Source: an uncultured archaeon
Lineage (GTDB): Archaea; Iainarchaeota; Iainarchaeia; Iainarchaeales; JAAZKV01
Assembly (NCBI GenBank): GCA_964551375.1
Contig: CAZKBG010000001.1
Span: 490,833-554,832 of the forward strand
Length of the DNA: 64,000 nucleotides
Direction: 5' to 3'
The first letter of the stretch is position 1, and each line of letters opens with the position of its first letter. Of the stretch, positions 35,887 through 46,026 are shown one piece after another. A program made the position numbers and the translations under genes. The notes beneath the pieces were generated by a model, which saw only the letters and a list, made by a program, of their open reading frames with translations, searched no databases and was not told the origin of the DNA.

Positions 35887-36366
35887 TCATGCCGTCTGCG
35901 CAAGCTTCTTCTTTTCGCCGTTCTGCTTATTTGTCTGAAGCAAGCCGTTTAACTCAAAAGCAAGAGCACGAAGTTCAATATTTGATAATTCGCTTCCAGC
36001 TTTAACAATAAAAACTTTCTTTTCAAGCGGGAAAAGCATAAACCAAGAATCATTTCGCTTAATTAAAACAGATTCAGAATCAGGCATCTCGCTCTTTATG
36101 TAAGACAACATTGCTGTGCCCATAATTCCTTCAGTGTGCCCGTTGCCTTCGCTTGAAACAACCAAGCTCCCGTCAAGATTAGTTACCAAAAAAGAATCAA
36201 CCAAATGTTTTCTTTTCAAAATCATTAAGTTTTCTTCAAAATCCTGCGAATAAACATATTTATGTTTTGATAAAAAGTCTCTCAAAAAATCCAGCTGTGA
36301 GTGAGGCTTCTTAGTGTCATCATCAAGAACGCGAAGCGCGAATCTTCTTAAGACTTTGATTACCAT
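35887..36366 (-). CDS. Roadblock/LC7 (MglB-like) domain protein
   Basis: LVDSFLVTNLDGSLVVSSEGNGHTEGIMGTAMLSYIKSE ... KVFIVKAGSELSNIELRALAFEL is a good match to the Roadblock fold pattern. Confidence 0.55.
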   Translation of the reverse strand: MVIKVLRRFALRVLDDDTKKPHSQLDFLRDFLSKHKYVYSQDFEENLMILKRKHLVDSFLVTNLDGSLVVSSEGNGHTEGIMGTAMLSYIKSEMPDSESVLIKRNDSWFMLFPLEKKVFIVKAGSELSNIELRALAFELNGLLQTNKQNGEKKKLAQTA

Positions 36367-36388
36367 ACAAGCTCACCAATTAAGCACT

Positions 36389-36847
36389 CTAAATTTTTAA
36401 TTCGCCAAGACCATAAGCTTCAAGAGCGCTCTTCTGCGTCTGAGTCTTGCTAAACCTTGGCGAGAATGCTGAAGGAATGCTCTTTGGAATGTCTTTTAAA
36501 TCTATTTTATTAGTTAAAAGTTTTTCGTCAAATGCAGTAACAAGGTCAACTTGGCTTCTGGTTAAGCCAACGCACTGAAAAAAGCCCAAACCCCTTGTTT
36601 CATTGAAGAAATAAGGCAAAGCTTCAGCGCCTTTAACCGTTTTTTCAGCGCCTAAACACTCAACAATGCAGGCAAAAATCACACCATCCCTAAAAAATAG
36701 AGCCCCTTCTTCAATAAAATTGCCTTTAACAGAAAGAATGAGGTAACCGTTGAATCTATTATCCAAAAGCTCCTGAGCTTTCGCCATAAAGTCAAAAGGC
36801 ACATCTCCTTTTGCAACAACTTCCCCAACTGGAAAATTCAAACTCAC
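36389..36847 (-). CDS. Hypothetical protein, possibly a second Roadblock-like protein
   Basis: 152 aa. FNGYLILSVKGNFIEEGALFFRDGVIFACIV is loosely Roadblock-like. Same strand, 22 nt downstream of the previous gene. Confidence 0.3.
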   Translation of the reverse strand: MSLNFPVGEVVAKGDVPFDFMAKAQELLDNRFNGYLILSVKGNFIEEGALFFRDGVIFACIVECLGAEKTVKGAEALPYFFNETRGLGFFQCVGLTRSQVDLVTAFDEKLLTNKIDLKDIPKSIPSAFSPRFSKTQTQKSALEAYGLGELKI

Positions 36848-36964
36848 ACACCGCCAACCAAATTAAACTTAATACTTGCTTTAAACTTCAACAAATACTT
36901 CTAAACTCAACAAACACTTCAAAACTCAACAAACCAATGAAACTAATGAAAATCCAAGTATATA

Positions 36965-37576
36965 TTATTTCTTATCAGCTGAATTTTGATTCTCAACAGG
37001 AGAGGATGCTTTCTTCCCCTTCAAAAAAACCACTTTATCAGCAGTATTCTTTAACGCTGCAGCGCTCATCTCTTCAGCCACCATAGCAACAGTTTCTTTC
37101 CCTCTTTCTTTTGCTTTAATTAACGCAGGAAGAAAATCAGAATCCCTTGTTGCAAACACCAAAGTATCAATCGCATCATTAAACACAGTTTCAGTAGCAT
37201 CGCAAGCCATCACAACATCAATATCAGTAGTGGAAATTATTGGAGTAAACCCTTGATTAACCACCGCTTCAACTAACTTATCGCTCGCAAACTGATTGAG
37301 ATAAACTTTTCCAATCTTAATAATCCCAATCTTCTGCGCTTCTTTTTTTATTAAATCAAGGTCAATCCCGAGTTCCTTTCTCAAAAGATTAGGACCGTCC
37401 ACAAAAACAGCAATCTTCTTCTCATGCGACTTGCCAATCAGCTTCTTAAGTCTTGAAAGCACCAAAAACACCCAACATAATCTGATGAAAACTGAATAAA
37501 ATACTTTCCAAGAATAATTCAAGTGAATAAAAGTGATAAAATGACGGACTTTACCGAACTTGCAAAACTCAAACAA
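36965..37576 (-). CDS. NYN-domain (LabA/DUF88-like, PIN-like) protein
   Basis: KKIAVFVDGPNL ... TDIDVVMACDA ... FATRDSDFLP are hallmark NYN motifs. The annotated N-terminus overlaps the divergent AlkD-like gene by ~54 nt, so the real start is probably further downstream (non-ATG start). Confidence 0.65.
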   Translation of the reverse strand: MFEFCKFGKVRHFITFIHLNYSWKVFYSVFIRLCWVFLVLSRLKKLIGKSHEKKIAVFVDGPNLLRKELGIDLDLIKKEAQKIGIIKIGKVYLNQFASDKLVEAVVNQGFTPIISTTDIDVVMACDATETVFNDAIDTLVFATRDSDFLPALIKAKERGKETVAMVAEEMSAAALKNTADKVVFLKGKKASSPVENQNSADKK

Positions 37577-38281
37577 GAGCTTCTATTACTAAAAAACCCC
37601 GCAAAAGCAAAACTCCTGCAAGGATTCTTTAAAACAGGAAAAGGAGAATACGCAGAAGGAGACGTATTTTACGGAATACAAGTTCCAGACACGCGAATTG
37701 TAGCAAAAAAGTATTTGGATTTAAGCGAAGAAGAACTTAGCGAGCTGATAAACTCAAAAATCCACGAAGAAAGACTATGCGCGCTAGTAATTTTAGTTCA
37801 AAAAACAAAAAGCAAAAAAACAACACTTTCAAAAAGAGAAAAAATGTTTGAATTTTACCTAAAAAACACTAAACATATAAACAACTGGGACTTGGTTGAC
37901 TTAAGCGCCCCAAGAGTAATGGGCGAGTACTTATATTTGGCGAGAAAAGAAGGAAAAGACGAAACAAAAATCCTTTACACTCTCGCAAAATCAAGCAACT
38001 TATGGGAAAAAAGAATATCCATCCTCTCCACAGCATATTTTATAAGCAAAAAAGAATACCAGCACACCATAAAAATCTCAGAAATCCTGCTAAACGATAC
38101 CCACGACTTAATGCACAAAGCAGTAGGATGGATGCTTCGCGAAATCGGCAAGCGAAATTTGGAAGTTGAAGAAGAGTTCTTGAAAAAACACTATAAAAAA
38201 ATGCCCAGAACCATGCTAAGATACGCAATAGAAAAATTCCCTGAACAGAAACGACAATCCTACCTCAAAGGGACAATTTAA
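37523..38281 (+). CDS. DNA alkylation repair enzyme (AlkC/AlkD-like HEAT-repeat glycosylase family)
   Basis: KAKLLQGFFKTGKGEYAEGDVFYGIQVPDTR ... WDLVD ... AVGWMLREIG ... LRYAIEKF matches the DNA_alkylation family layout. Confidence 0.8.
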   Translation: MNKSDKMTDFTELAKLKQELLLLKNPAKAKLLQGFFKTGKGEYAEGDVFYGIQVPDTRIVAKKYLDLSEEELSELINSKIHEERLCALVILVQKTKSKKTTLSKREKMFEFYLKNTKHINNWDLVDLSAPRVMGEYLYLARKEGKDETKILYTLAKSSNLWEKRISILSTAYFISKKEYQHTIKISEILLNDTHDLMHKAVGWMLREIGKRNLEVEEEFLKKHYKKMPRTMLRYAIEKFPEQKRQSYLKGTI

Positions 38282-38350
38282 ATTAACTCACAAACACAAA
38301 AATAAATACGAAAAAGCACAAAAAAATATTAAAAGTTAAAATGTGATAAA

Positions 38351-38803
38351 ATGACTGAAGAACAACTAAGAATCGGCGCCGGAGTTGGAGTAATGGTAGT
38401 AAGAGCAGGAAAAGTTCTGCTTGGAATGAGAGCTCAAAAACCCGAAGAAATAGACGCAGGACTCCACGGAGAAGGAACATGGTGCCTCCCAGGCGGAAAA
38501 ATGGAATACGGCGAAAGCTTCGAAGAAACCGCTAAAAGAGAACTAATGGAAGAAACAGGAATAGAACTAAGAGAATCAAGAGTATTATGCGTAAATAACG
38601 ACATGAACGAATACGCGCACTTTATCACAGTCGGAATGCTGGCAAAAAAATACATTGGAGAAGCGCAGGTAACAGAGCCAGATGAGATAATAGAATGGCG
38701 ATGGTTTGACTTAAACAAAGTCCCAAAAGATTTATTCTTCCCGACAAGAAAGATAATTGAATGCTACAAACAAGGAAGATTCAATCTGCCTGAAAAACAC
38801 TAA
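38351..38803 (+). CDS. NUDIX hydrolase
   Basis: Nudix box GGKMEYGESFEETAKRELMEETGIE (GX5EX7REUXEEXGU). Confidence 0.9.
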   Translation: MTEEQLRIGAGVGVMVVRAGKVLLGMRAQKPEEIDAGLHGEGTWCLPGGKMEYGESFEETAKRELMEETGIELRESRVLCVNNDMNEYAHFITVGMLAKKYIGEAQVTEPDEIIEWRWFDLNKVPKDLFFPTRKIIECYKQGRFNLPEKH

Positions 38804-38927
38804 ACCAAACAAATTTTGCCCAAATAACCCTGATTAACTTTCAAAAAAACAGCTAAAAGGCGAGATTTTTAAACCCAACTAAACTAGTGTGTTTAAGGAA
38901 AAGCTGGGATAAGGCTGAAAACGAAGG

Positions 38928-39338
38928 GTGTTGAAAATGGAAGACGAAAAGAAGTTTGAACAAACAGGATCACTAAAACCAGGGCACTTAGTTCTAATTG
39001 ACGGAGAAGTTTGCCAAGTAAAAAGCGTTGAAAAATCAAAGCCGGGCAAACACGGAGCAGCAAAAGCAAGAGTAACTGCATTTAATATTTTTACAGGACA
39101 AAAAAGAGGACTGCTAAAGGGAACAGATGCTGAAGTAGAAATCCCAATCGTTCCAAAATCAGACGCTACAGTTGTTGCAATCGTTGGAGAAGTAGTTCAG
39201 ATAATGGACAGCACTTCATACGAAACACTTGACGCACCAAAACCAGGCGCTGACTCAGGAGTACCTGAACTAAAATCAGGAGACTCTGTTGAGTACCAAA
39301 AATACGGAACAGCAGTAAAGATTGTAAGAAAAAGGTAA
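38928..39338 (+). CDS. Translation initiation factor 5A (aIF5A, hypusine-containing)
   Basis: Hypusine loop SKPGKHGAAKARV and a C-terminal OB-like domain. 136 aa (start may be Met4). Confidence 0.9.
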   Translation: MLKMEDEKKFEQTGSLKPGHLVLIDGEVCQVKSVEKSKPGKHGAAKARVTAFNIFTGQKRGLLKGTDAEVEIPIVPKSDATVVAIVGEVVQIMDSTSYETLDAPKPGADSGVPELKSGDSVEYQKYGTAVKIVRKR

Positions 39339-39396
39339 TTAAAATTTTAGAGAAGGAAGCAAAAGCTTCCTTTTCAAACTATTTTTTTAGAAAAAA

Positions 39397-39999
39397 TTAT
39401 TCTCTTCCAAAGTACTTGCTTTTAGTGTATCTTTTTCTAATCTCAGGCATGGACTTTAAATTAATTTTTAACCCAGGCACGTGCTTTTCAGCATTTCTAA
39501 TAACATCCATTCCATGAATCACCATAAAAGGCTCTTCATGCTCGACAGCAAAGTCCAAATGATTCACAAACTCTTTAACATCAAAAACATGAACGTCGCA
39601 CTTAAATCCGACTCGTCCAAGCCAGCCTGAAGCTTCGCTCTCAAAAGCTTTTCGTTCAGTATATGAGTGAAAATGATTCTCTGGAACCGCAACCGACAAA
39701 TCAACATCGCTTTTATGCTTTCCATAAACTGGAGTTTCCCGCTCAGTGGCTTTTCTTACCCCCACTTGCGCGCTGCCGTGCATAGTCATTGCCAAAAATC
39801 CAGTTCCAAGTTTTTCTTTAAAAAAAGGAAGCGCCCTAGTTCTTACAAAAAACTCTCTTGCAAGCGACTGGCGCGTAGTTTCCTTAACAAGACGCCCTCT
39901 TGAAGCCTTAAGCCCCCGCTTTCGAATAACCGCAATCCTTTCCCCAGCGCTTTTGAGCTTAGCAGGAACCCTCTTAATCATACCATAAATACTGCTCAA
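39397..39999 (-). CDS. Putative nucleotidyltransferase-fold protein
   Basis: HGSAQVG-x(16)-SDVDLSV fits the minimal pol-beta-type nucleotidyltransferase motif (GS...D.D). Otherwise unrecognised. Confidence 0.4.
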   Translation of the reverse strand: MSSIYGMIKRVPAKLKSAGERIAVIRKRGLKASRGRLVKETTRQSLAREFFVRTRALPFFKEKLGTGFLAMTMHGSAQVGVRKATERETPVYGKHKSDVDLSVAVPENHFHSYTERKAFESEASGWLGRVGFKCDVHVFDVKEFVNHLDFAVEHEEPFMVIHGMDVIRNAEKHVPGLKINLKSMPEIRKRYTKSKYFGRE

Positions 40000-40035
40000 A
40001 GCAAATTAATTAACTTATCCCAAGGTAAAATAAAT

Positions 40036-40737
40036 ATGCAAAACAAGAAAACCGCTGAAAATGCTAAAAAAACTGATAAAAACGCTTTACTCTTAATTTC
40101 AGGCGGAATTGACAGCCCAGTTGCAGGAAAACTGCTAATGGACGCAGGATTTAATCTGCAAGGGATTCACTTTTCACAAGTCCCTTATACTGATGATACT
40201 CCAGAAAAAAAATCCTTGCTTCTTGCAAGAGCCCTTGGATTAAAAGAGATGATTGTTATTGACGCGGGAGAGGAGTTTAAGGAAATTGCGGAGAACTCAA
40301 AGAGAGAATATTACTTTATTTTAATAAAAATGTTTATGATGAAATGCACAGAGAGAATTGCAAATGAAAAAGGAATAGAATTTATCGCAACAGGCGAAAG
40401 CCTCGGGCAAGTAAGCTCCCAAACTATGAGCAACTTAAACACAATAAATTCCTCCGTTCAGATTGAAATACTCCGCCCGCTATTATTTATGACAAAGCAG
40501 GAAATAATTGACATAAGCGCAAAGGAAAAATATTTTGAGATTTCAAAAGGGCCTGAAATGTGCGATGCTCTCGCAAGCGGAAGACCAAAAACAAGAAGCA
40601 GAATAATTGAAACCGAATTTGAAGTAGAATCAAGCAAAATGAATGAACTTGTGAATAGAGCGGTTAATAAAATAAGAATTGAAAGCGCTTCAAAAGAAAT
40701 AAAGCTTGAAAATGAAAGAATAAGTATTTGTAAATAG
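40036..40737 (+). CDS. ThiI-like PP-loop ATPase (stand-alone adenylation domain, no THUMP)
   Basis: PP-loop LLLISGGIDSPVAG plus downstream ATGESLGQVSSQT typical of the ThiI sulfurtransferase adenylation domain. 233 aa, lacks the N-terminal THUMP domain. Confidence 0.65.
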   Translation: MQNKKTAENAKKTDKNALLLISGGIDSPVAGKLLMDAGFNLQGIHFSQVPYTDDTPEKKSLLLARALGLKEMIVIDAGEEFKEIAENSKREYYFILIKMFMMKCTERIANEKGIEFIATGESLGQVSSQTMSNLNTINSSVQIEILRPLLFMTKQEIIDISAKEKYFEISKGPEMCDALASGRPKTRSRIIETEFEVESSKMNELVNRAVNKIRIESASKEIKLENERISICK

Positions 40738-40740
40738 GCA

Positions 40741-41037
40741 TTGTTGATAATAATGGAACTTGAAGATTACACAGGAAAGCCGTGCCGGAGCAAAATGGCT
40801 TACGAATTCCTCCCAAAAAAACAAGTGAAGATAAATCTTGAAATCGCGCGCGAAGAGCTTGAGAAAATCGCCAAAACTGAAATCGCTTCAAAAGTTCTTT
40901 TAATGATAAAACTTGAAAATGCAGTTATTTCAATATTCCCTTCAGGAAAAATACTTGTAAGAGGAGAAAAAGAAGAAGAAAAAGCAAAACTCCTCGCAAA
41001 AAAAGCAATCAAAGTCCTAAAGAAAAGCTTTTCTTAA
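40741..41037 (+). CDS. Hypothetical small protein
   Basis: 98-aa ORF 4 nt after the ThiI-like gene. Lys-rich C-terminus. No family recognised. Confidence 0.35.
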   Translation: MLIIMELEDYTGKPCRSKMAYEFLPKKQVKINLEIAREELEKIAKTEIASKVLLMIKLENAVISIFPSGKILVRGEKEEEKAKLLAKKAIKVLKKSFS

Positions 41038-41241
41038 AGACAAAAAGAAACCTATTTAAAAAAAATCAAAAAAACAATTAACCCTTAAATCCTTGCTGTG
41101 CCAAAACTCCGCAAAAATGCACTAAAACACAATTTACCCTCAAAAAACTTACCCTGCACAAAAATCGAAAGCATTAAATAGAATTCATATGTTAATTCTA
41201 ACATTTAAGTTAAAATCTTCACAACGGGGTTAAATGGAATT

Positions 41242-41997
41242 GTGAAGACAAAAGCAAAGGAGGCTTTTCAAATGGTTGATTTCGGAGGCTGTATCAAAAA
41301 GCCTTTTAGCGACATGAAAACGCTGTTAGTAGGAATGATAATTGGAGCAATTCCAATTGTAAACATTCTCTTAAGCGGATTCATCCTAAAAGTGGCTGAA
41401 GATACATCAAAAGGAAAAAATGAACTAAGAGCATGGGCTGTTGGAGATATTCTTGACTATATATTAAAGGCAATAATATCAGTAGTTATTGCAATAGTCT
41501 ACATGATAGTCCCAATAATACTAATAGTTCTTGGAATAGGCAGCGCACTATTAAGCACAATTGCAACATTGTTGCCGTCATTTAATCCGGCAGCAGGCAG
41601 CGGAGCAATGGCAAATGTAGACCCGATGACTATAATATCAGCAATAATGAATGGAGTTAGCGCAGGCGCGCCATTAATCATTATTGGAGTAATCATAGGA
41701 ATAATCGCAGCATTGCTTTTGCCAATGGCTCTGGTGAAATGGCTAAAGTCAGGATCAGTAGGGGCTGCATTCAACGTAATCGCAGTAATAAAAAACTGCC
41801 TGACAGGTAAATATATTGCAGCGCTAATAGTTGGAGCAATACTCGCAATAATCATCTCAATGATTCTTGGAGCAATATCAATTGCACTGGCTTTAGTGCC
41901 AATAGTTGGATTCATACTAACAATGTTAGTAATGGGATTGACAAGCTACATCGTGGGAGTAATGTACTACTCTATGATAGCACAAACAGTGGATTAA
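41242..41997 (+). CDS. Polytopic membrane protein (paralog 1; possibly Yip1-like)
   Basis: 251 aa with a short soluble N-terminus and 5-6 Gly/Ala/Ile-rich helices. Confidence 0.5.
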   Translation: MKTKAKEAFQMVDFGGCIKKPFSDMKTLLVGMIIGAIPIVNILLSGFILKVAEDTSKGKNELRAWAVGDILDYILKAIISVVIAIVYMIVPIILIVLGIGSALLSTIATLLPSFNPAAGSGAMANVDPMTIISAIMNGVSAGAPLIIIGVIIGIIAALLLPMALVKWLKSGSVGAAFNVIAVIKNCLTGKYIAALIVGAILAIIISMILGAISIALALVPIVGFILTMLVMGLTSYIVGVMYYSMIAQTVD

Positions 41998-42144
41998 AAT
42001 CGTTAAGATCAAAAAGCGGCTAAAATGCCGCTTTTTCTATTTTTTTAAAACTCAAAAACGCAAGAATAACATCCAAAGAAAACCATTAAATAATGTTCAA
42101 CTCCATTTCTACAAGTCAACAATTGAAAAAGACCAAAATTAAGT

Positions 42145-42891
42145 TTGAATTCAGACTTTTTTAAAAGTCTTTTATCAAAATATACCTTGGGGGTGTTGGG
42201 GTTGATTAACGCGCTAATTGATTTATACTTTAATCCGGAAAAGTCGATGAAAAAAGCAGTAGGAAAAGAAAGCATTGTTAGAGGAATATTTAATTTTTCA
42301 ATAATTCCCGTGGTTATTGCATTTATTTTCGGGCTGTTGATAGGAATACTCACACTTGTTTTTGGAGGAAGCCCGACTCCGACTGAAATGATAATGCCAA
42401 TAATCGGATTTCCAATAGGCGCATTCATTTTAGTTCTAATAGGCTCGCTTCTTGTAAATCTATTCTTCTGGTTTGCAAATAAACTAGTAAAAAACCCAAA
42501 AAACTTCACAAAATTATACTACACCCTATCAGTTGGATTTTTGTCAGTAATGATAGTGCTTGTAGTTCCTGCAATAATTTACATTATTGGAATGATGCTC
42601 ACTCAAATAGCCGCAGTTGGACTCGCAGTTAACCCTGCAATGAGCTCATTTGCTTTTTTGGGACTCGCATTAAGCGCAATAGGACTAGTTCTACTAATTC
42701 CATTAGCACTGCTTGGACACTACACATGCTGGCTAGTGTTAAAAGAAGCTACCGGTCTAGAAAACAAGAAACTTGTAAAAGCGCTTTTAATCACAACAAT
42801 CATAACAGCAGTGGCAGGATTCATAATACTAGTACTGCTTGGAGCAATTTTAATTCAAGTACTTGGACTAGGCGCAGTGCCTGCAGTGTAA
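42145..42891 (+). CDS. Polytopic membrane protein (paralog 2)
   Basis: 248 aa. Same topology and composition as the previous gene. Tandem arrangement. Confidence 0.5.
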   Translation: MNSDFFKSLLSKYTLGVLGLINALIDLYFNPEKSMKKAVGKESIVRGIFNFSIIPVVIAFIFGLLIGILTLVFGGSPTPTEMIMPIIGFPIGAFILVLIGSLLVNLFFWFANKLVKNPKNFTKLYYTLSVGFLSVMIVLVVPAIIYIIGMMLTQIAAVGLAVNPAMSSFAFLGLALSAIGLVLLIPLALLGHYTCWLVLKEATGLENKKLVKALLITTIITAVAGFIILVLLGAILIQVLGLGAVPAV

Positions 42892-42991
42892 GAAAGCGAA
42901 ACAAAAGCTTGGCTATAAAAAAGCCAAGCGCCCTTATTCTTTTAAAAAAACATCACACGCTTAAATCATTATAATTAAACAAACAATCGGG

Positions 42992-43438
42992 ATGAAAATG
43001 GAACACTGCTATAAAGAAGGATGCATTTTCTGCAAATTCGCAAAAAAAGAAATTGAAACCGCAATAATTTACGAAAACGACCACATAATCGCATTTCCCG
43101 ACATTAACCCCGCAGGAGTCCTATTAGGGCACACATTAGTTGTTCCAAAAAAACACTTTGACACAATTGACGAAGTTGAGGAAGAATACTTAAAAGAAGC
43201 AATAATTGCAATAAAGAATCTGACAAAAGCAATAAAGAAAATGTCAGGAGCTGAAGGGATAAATATCCTCCAAAACAACGGAAAAGCCGCAGGACAACTA
43301 ATTCCGCACGTTCATTTTCATATTATTCCAAGAAAACATGGAGATGGAATATTTTTTGACGAGAAAAGAAGAAAAATGCACCCAATGGAACAGACAGAAA
43401 CCGCCAAATTAATCAAAGAAACCATTCAAAACCAATAA
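42992..43438 (+). CDS. HIT-family (histidine triad) hydrolase
   Basis: HIT motif IPHVHFHIIPR. N-terminal CxxC (CIFCKF). 148 aa. Confidence 0.9.
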   Translation: MKMEHCYKEGCIFCKFAKKEIETAIIYENDHIIAFPDINPAGVLLGHTLVVPKKHFDTIDEVEEEYLKEAIIAIKNLTKAIKKMSGAEGINILQNNGKAAGQLIPHVHFHIIPRKHGDGIFFDEKRRKMHPMEQTETAKLIKETIQNQ

Positions 43439-43811
43439 AACTCATGAAAAGAACTTTATTTTTGCAGAAAATGAGCGGTTTGGATTTTGTTTTCACCCAA
43501 ACCCCCAAGCGTTTACTTTTCAAACTCAAAAAGTATTAATCTTTAGGGAGTATTATACTAACAAAGAGAAAACGCCAAAAAATCTTACCGGAAAAATTTG
43601 ATTTATTGGCAAATCCCAACACATTTTCTCTAAAATATAGCTCCAAAGAAAAGAAATCGGGTACGCCAAGGGGAATACTTGCGAACAGACGCCGTGGAAA
43701 AGAGGCGGCGCTGTTAAGAAACTCGATTTCTTTTCACAAAAAATGCACCGGCAAAAAGGGGCAAATAGTATTAAAACAAGAAAATGGGCAAAATGGTTGG
43801 GACTGATTAGG

Positions 43812-45929
43812 ATGTATTCAGATTCGGAAGAAGTAGTAAAGCAGGAAAGCTCGCCTTACTTAGAAAGGTTTGAAGAATTCTTTAACGCTGAATACAAAAA
43901 GCAAATTGAAAGAATTGTAGAAGCATACCCGCAGGAAAGAAGTATAACTGTTGACTTTAAAGCGCTTGAAAAATATGACCCGATTTTAGCAGATGAACTT
44001 CTTGACAAACCGGATGAAGTGCTTGAAGCGGCGCACAACGCAATTCAAAATATTCACATACCAACACTTACTACAGAAATTTTCAGACCGCACGTTCGAT
44101 TCTCAAATCTCCCAAAAGATAGGGAAATTGATGTAAGAAACTTAAGCGCAAAACACCTTGGGAAAATGATAAGCATAGAAGGGCTTGTTAGGCTAATTAC
44201 TGATTCTCTGCCTAAAATAACAATGGCTATATGGAAATGCAAAAGATGCGGAAATGTATATAAAATTCCCCAGAAAAAGCACAAAATATACCCTCCCAAT
44301 ATGTGCGAATGCCACTCAAAGGACTTTGACTTAGAAGAAGACAAGAGCGCATTTATTGATTATCAGAAAATACAAATACAGGAAACGCTTGAAAAGTTAA
44401 AAGGAAATGAACAAGCAACTTATGTTGATGTTTATGTCAGCGATGATTTTGTAAATAGAGTAGCAGCAGGAGACAAAACAAGATTTGTCGGAGTACTCAG
44501 ACTAGTTCCGCCGCAAAAAGACAAAAAAGATATTTACGGCAGATATCTTGAAGCAATACACTTAGAAGAAACTGCCAAAGAATTTTCTGAAGTTGATATT
44601 GCAAAAGAAGAAGAAGAGGAAATAAAAAAACTTGCTAAAAATCCGCAGATTTATGAAATGCTTGCGCAAAGTGTGGCTCCCGCAATTTACGGACATGATA
44701 CAGTAAAAGAAAGCATATCTCTCCAGCTTTTTGGAGGAGTGACAAAACACCTTCCTAACGGACAAAAAATCAGGGGAAACATTCACATCCTACTAATCGG
44801 GGACCCAGGATGCGGAAAATCACAATTACTTCAGGCAACAAATAACATAGCTCCAAAATCAATTTACATTTCAGGAAAAACAACAAGTGGAGTAGGACTA
44901 ACCGCATCCGCTGTAAAGGACGAATTTGGAGAAGGAGGATGGACGCTAAAAGCAGGAGCGCTTGTATTAAGCTCAGGCGGAGTATGCATGGCAGATGAAC
45001 TTGACAAAATGGCGCCTGAAGATAGGAGCGCGCTGCATGAAGCAATGGAACAGGGAATGATTTCAGTAGCAAAAGCAGGAATTGTGGCAAGATTTAAAGC
45101 AGACACTTCACTACTTGCAGCAGCAAATCCAAAATTTTCAAGATTTGACAAATTCACTCCTTTTTTAGAACAAATTGACCTACCTGCTTCACTAATCTCA
45201 AGATTTGACTTATTTTTCATGATAAGAGATATTCTTGATAGAACTCAAGACCAGAAAATTTCAAGACACATACTTGAAACCCACCAAAGCGGGGAAAAAT
45301 TAATGCAAGCGCAGCAAAAAGGAATAGCTTTGGCAAAAGAAGAAAAAGAAGAAATTGACAAAAAAACAAAGCCAATAATCGACATGATGGTATTTAGAAA
45401 ATACGTTTCATTCGCAAGGCAAAAATGCTACCCAATACTAAGCCCTGAAGCAATGGAAACAATTTCTGACTTTTATGTAAGTCTGCGTGACCAGGGAAGA
45501 AGCCAAGGCTCATACGCAGCAACAGCAAGACAGCTTGAAGGACTTGTAAGACTTGCAGAAGGAAGCGCAAGAGTAAGACTAAGCGATGTAGTTGAAGTGC
45601 AGGACGCCCAAAGAGCAATAAGACTTGTAAAAAAATCCTTAGAAGAAACAGTAACGGACCCTGACACCGGAAGAATCGACATTGATATTGTAACAACAGG
45701 AGTGACACAGGCAAAACAAAATGCAATCTCAACCGTGCTTAGAATTATTAAAGAACAAATGGCAAACGGAATTGACATGGTTCCAGTGGAAGAAGTTGTA
45801 ACACAAGGAATGGAAAAAGGGCTTGACGAACAAAAAATCAATCAGGCGCTTGACGAGCTTGAAAAGAAAGGAGAAATATACAAACCAAGACACCACTTTG
45901 TAAAACCCACAACTGAAAAGAAAAGCTAA
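43812..45929 (+). CDS. mcm: MCM replicative helicase
   Basis: Zn finger CKRCGN...CECHS. Walker A IHILLIGDPGCGKSQLL, Walker B CMADELDKM and arginine finger SRFDL. Start placed at the internal Met (MYSDSEE), not the longer ORF-track start at 43743. Confidence 0.95.
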   Translation: MYSDSEEVVKQESSPYLERFEEFFNAEYKKQIERIVEAYPQERSITVDFKALEKYDPILADELLDKPDEVLEAAHNAIQNIHIPTLTTEIFRPHVRFSNLPKDREIDVRNLSAKHLGKMISIEGLVRLITDSLPKITMAIWKCKRCGNVYKIPQKKHKIYPPNMCECHSKDFDLEEDKSAFIDYQKIQIQETLEKLKGNEQATYVDVYVSDDFVNRVAAGDKTRFVGVLRLVPPQKDKKDIYGRYLEAIHLEETAKEFSEVDIAKEEEEEIKKLAKNPQIYEMLAQSVAPAIYGHDTVKESISLQLFGGVTKHLPNGQKIRGNIHILLIGDPGCGKSQLLQATNNIAPKSIYISGKTTSGVGLTASAVKDEFGEGGWTLKAGALVLSSGGVCMADELDKMAPEDRSALHEAMEQGMISVAKAGIVARFKADTSLLAAANPKFSRFDKFTPFLEQIDLPASLISRFDLFFMIRDILDRTQDQKISRHILETHQSGEKLMQAQQKGIALAKEEKEEIDKKTKPIIDMMVFRKYVSFARQKCYPILSPEAMETISDFYVSLRDQGRSQGSYAATARQLEGLVRLAEGSARVRLSDVVEVQDAQRAIRLVKKSLEETVTDPDTGRIDIDIVTTGVTQAKQNAISTVLRIIKEQMANGIDMVPVEEVVTQGMEKGLDEQKINQALDELEKKGEIYKPRHHFVKPTTEKKS

Positions 45930-46026
45930 AAAATCAAATCCAGACTAACTTTCAAAAAAACAGCAGAATTAATGACAAAAAACAGGCTAACAGCTTCTTT
46001 TTAAAAACAAAGAGCGTAAATTTCTT

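Noticed and set aside
43606-43806. 66-aa plus ORF and the 5' extension of the MCM ORF (start 43743)
   Set aside because: Poor coding character, and overlaps the MCM upstream region. The MCM N-terminus aligns best from the internal Met at 43812.
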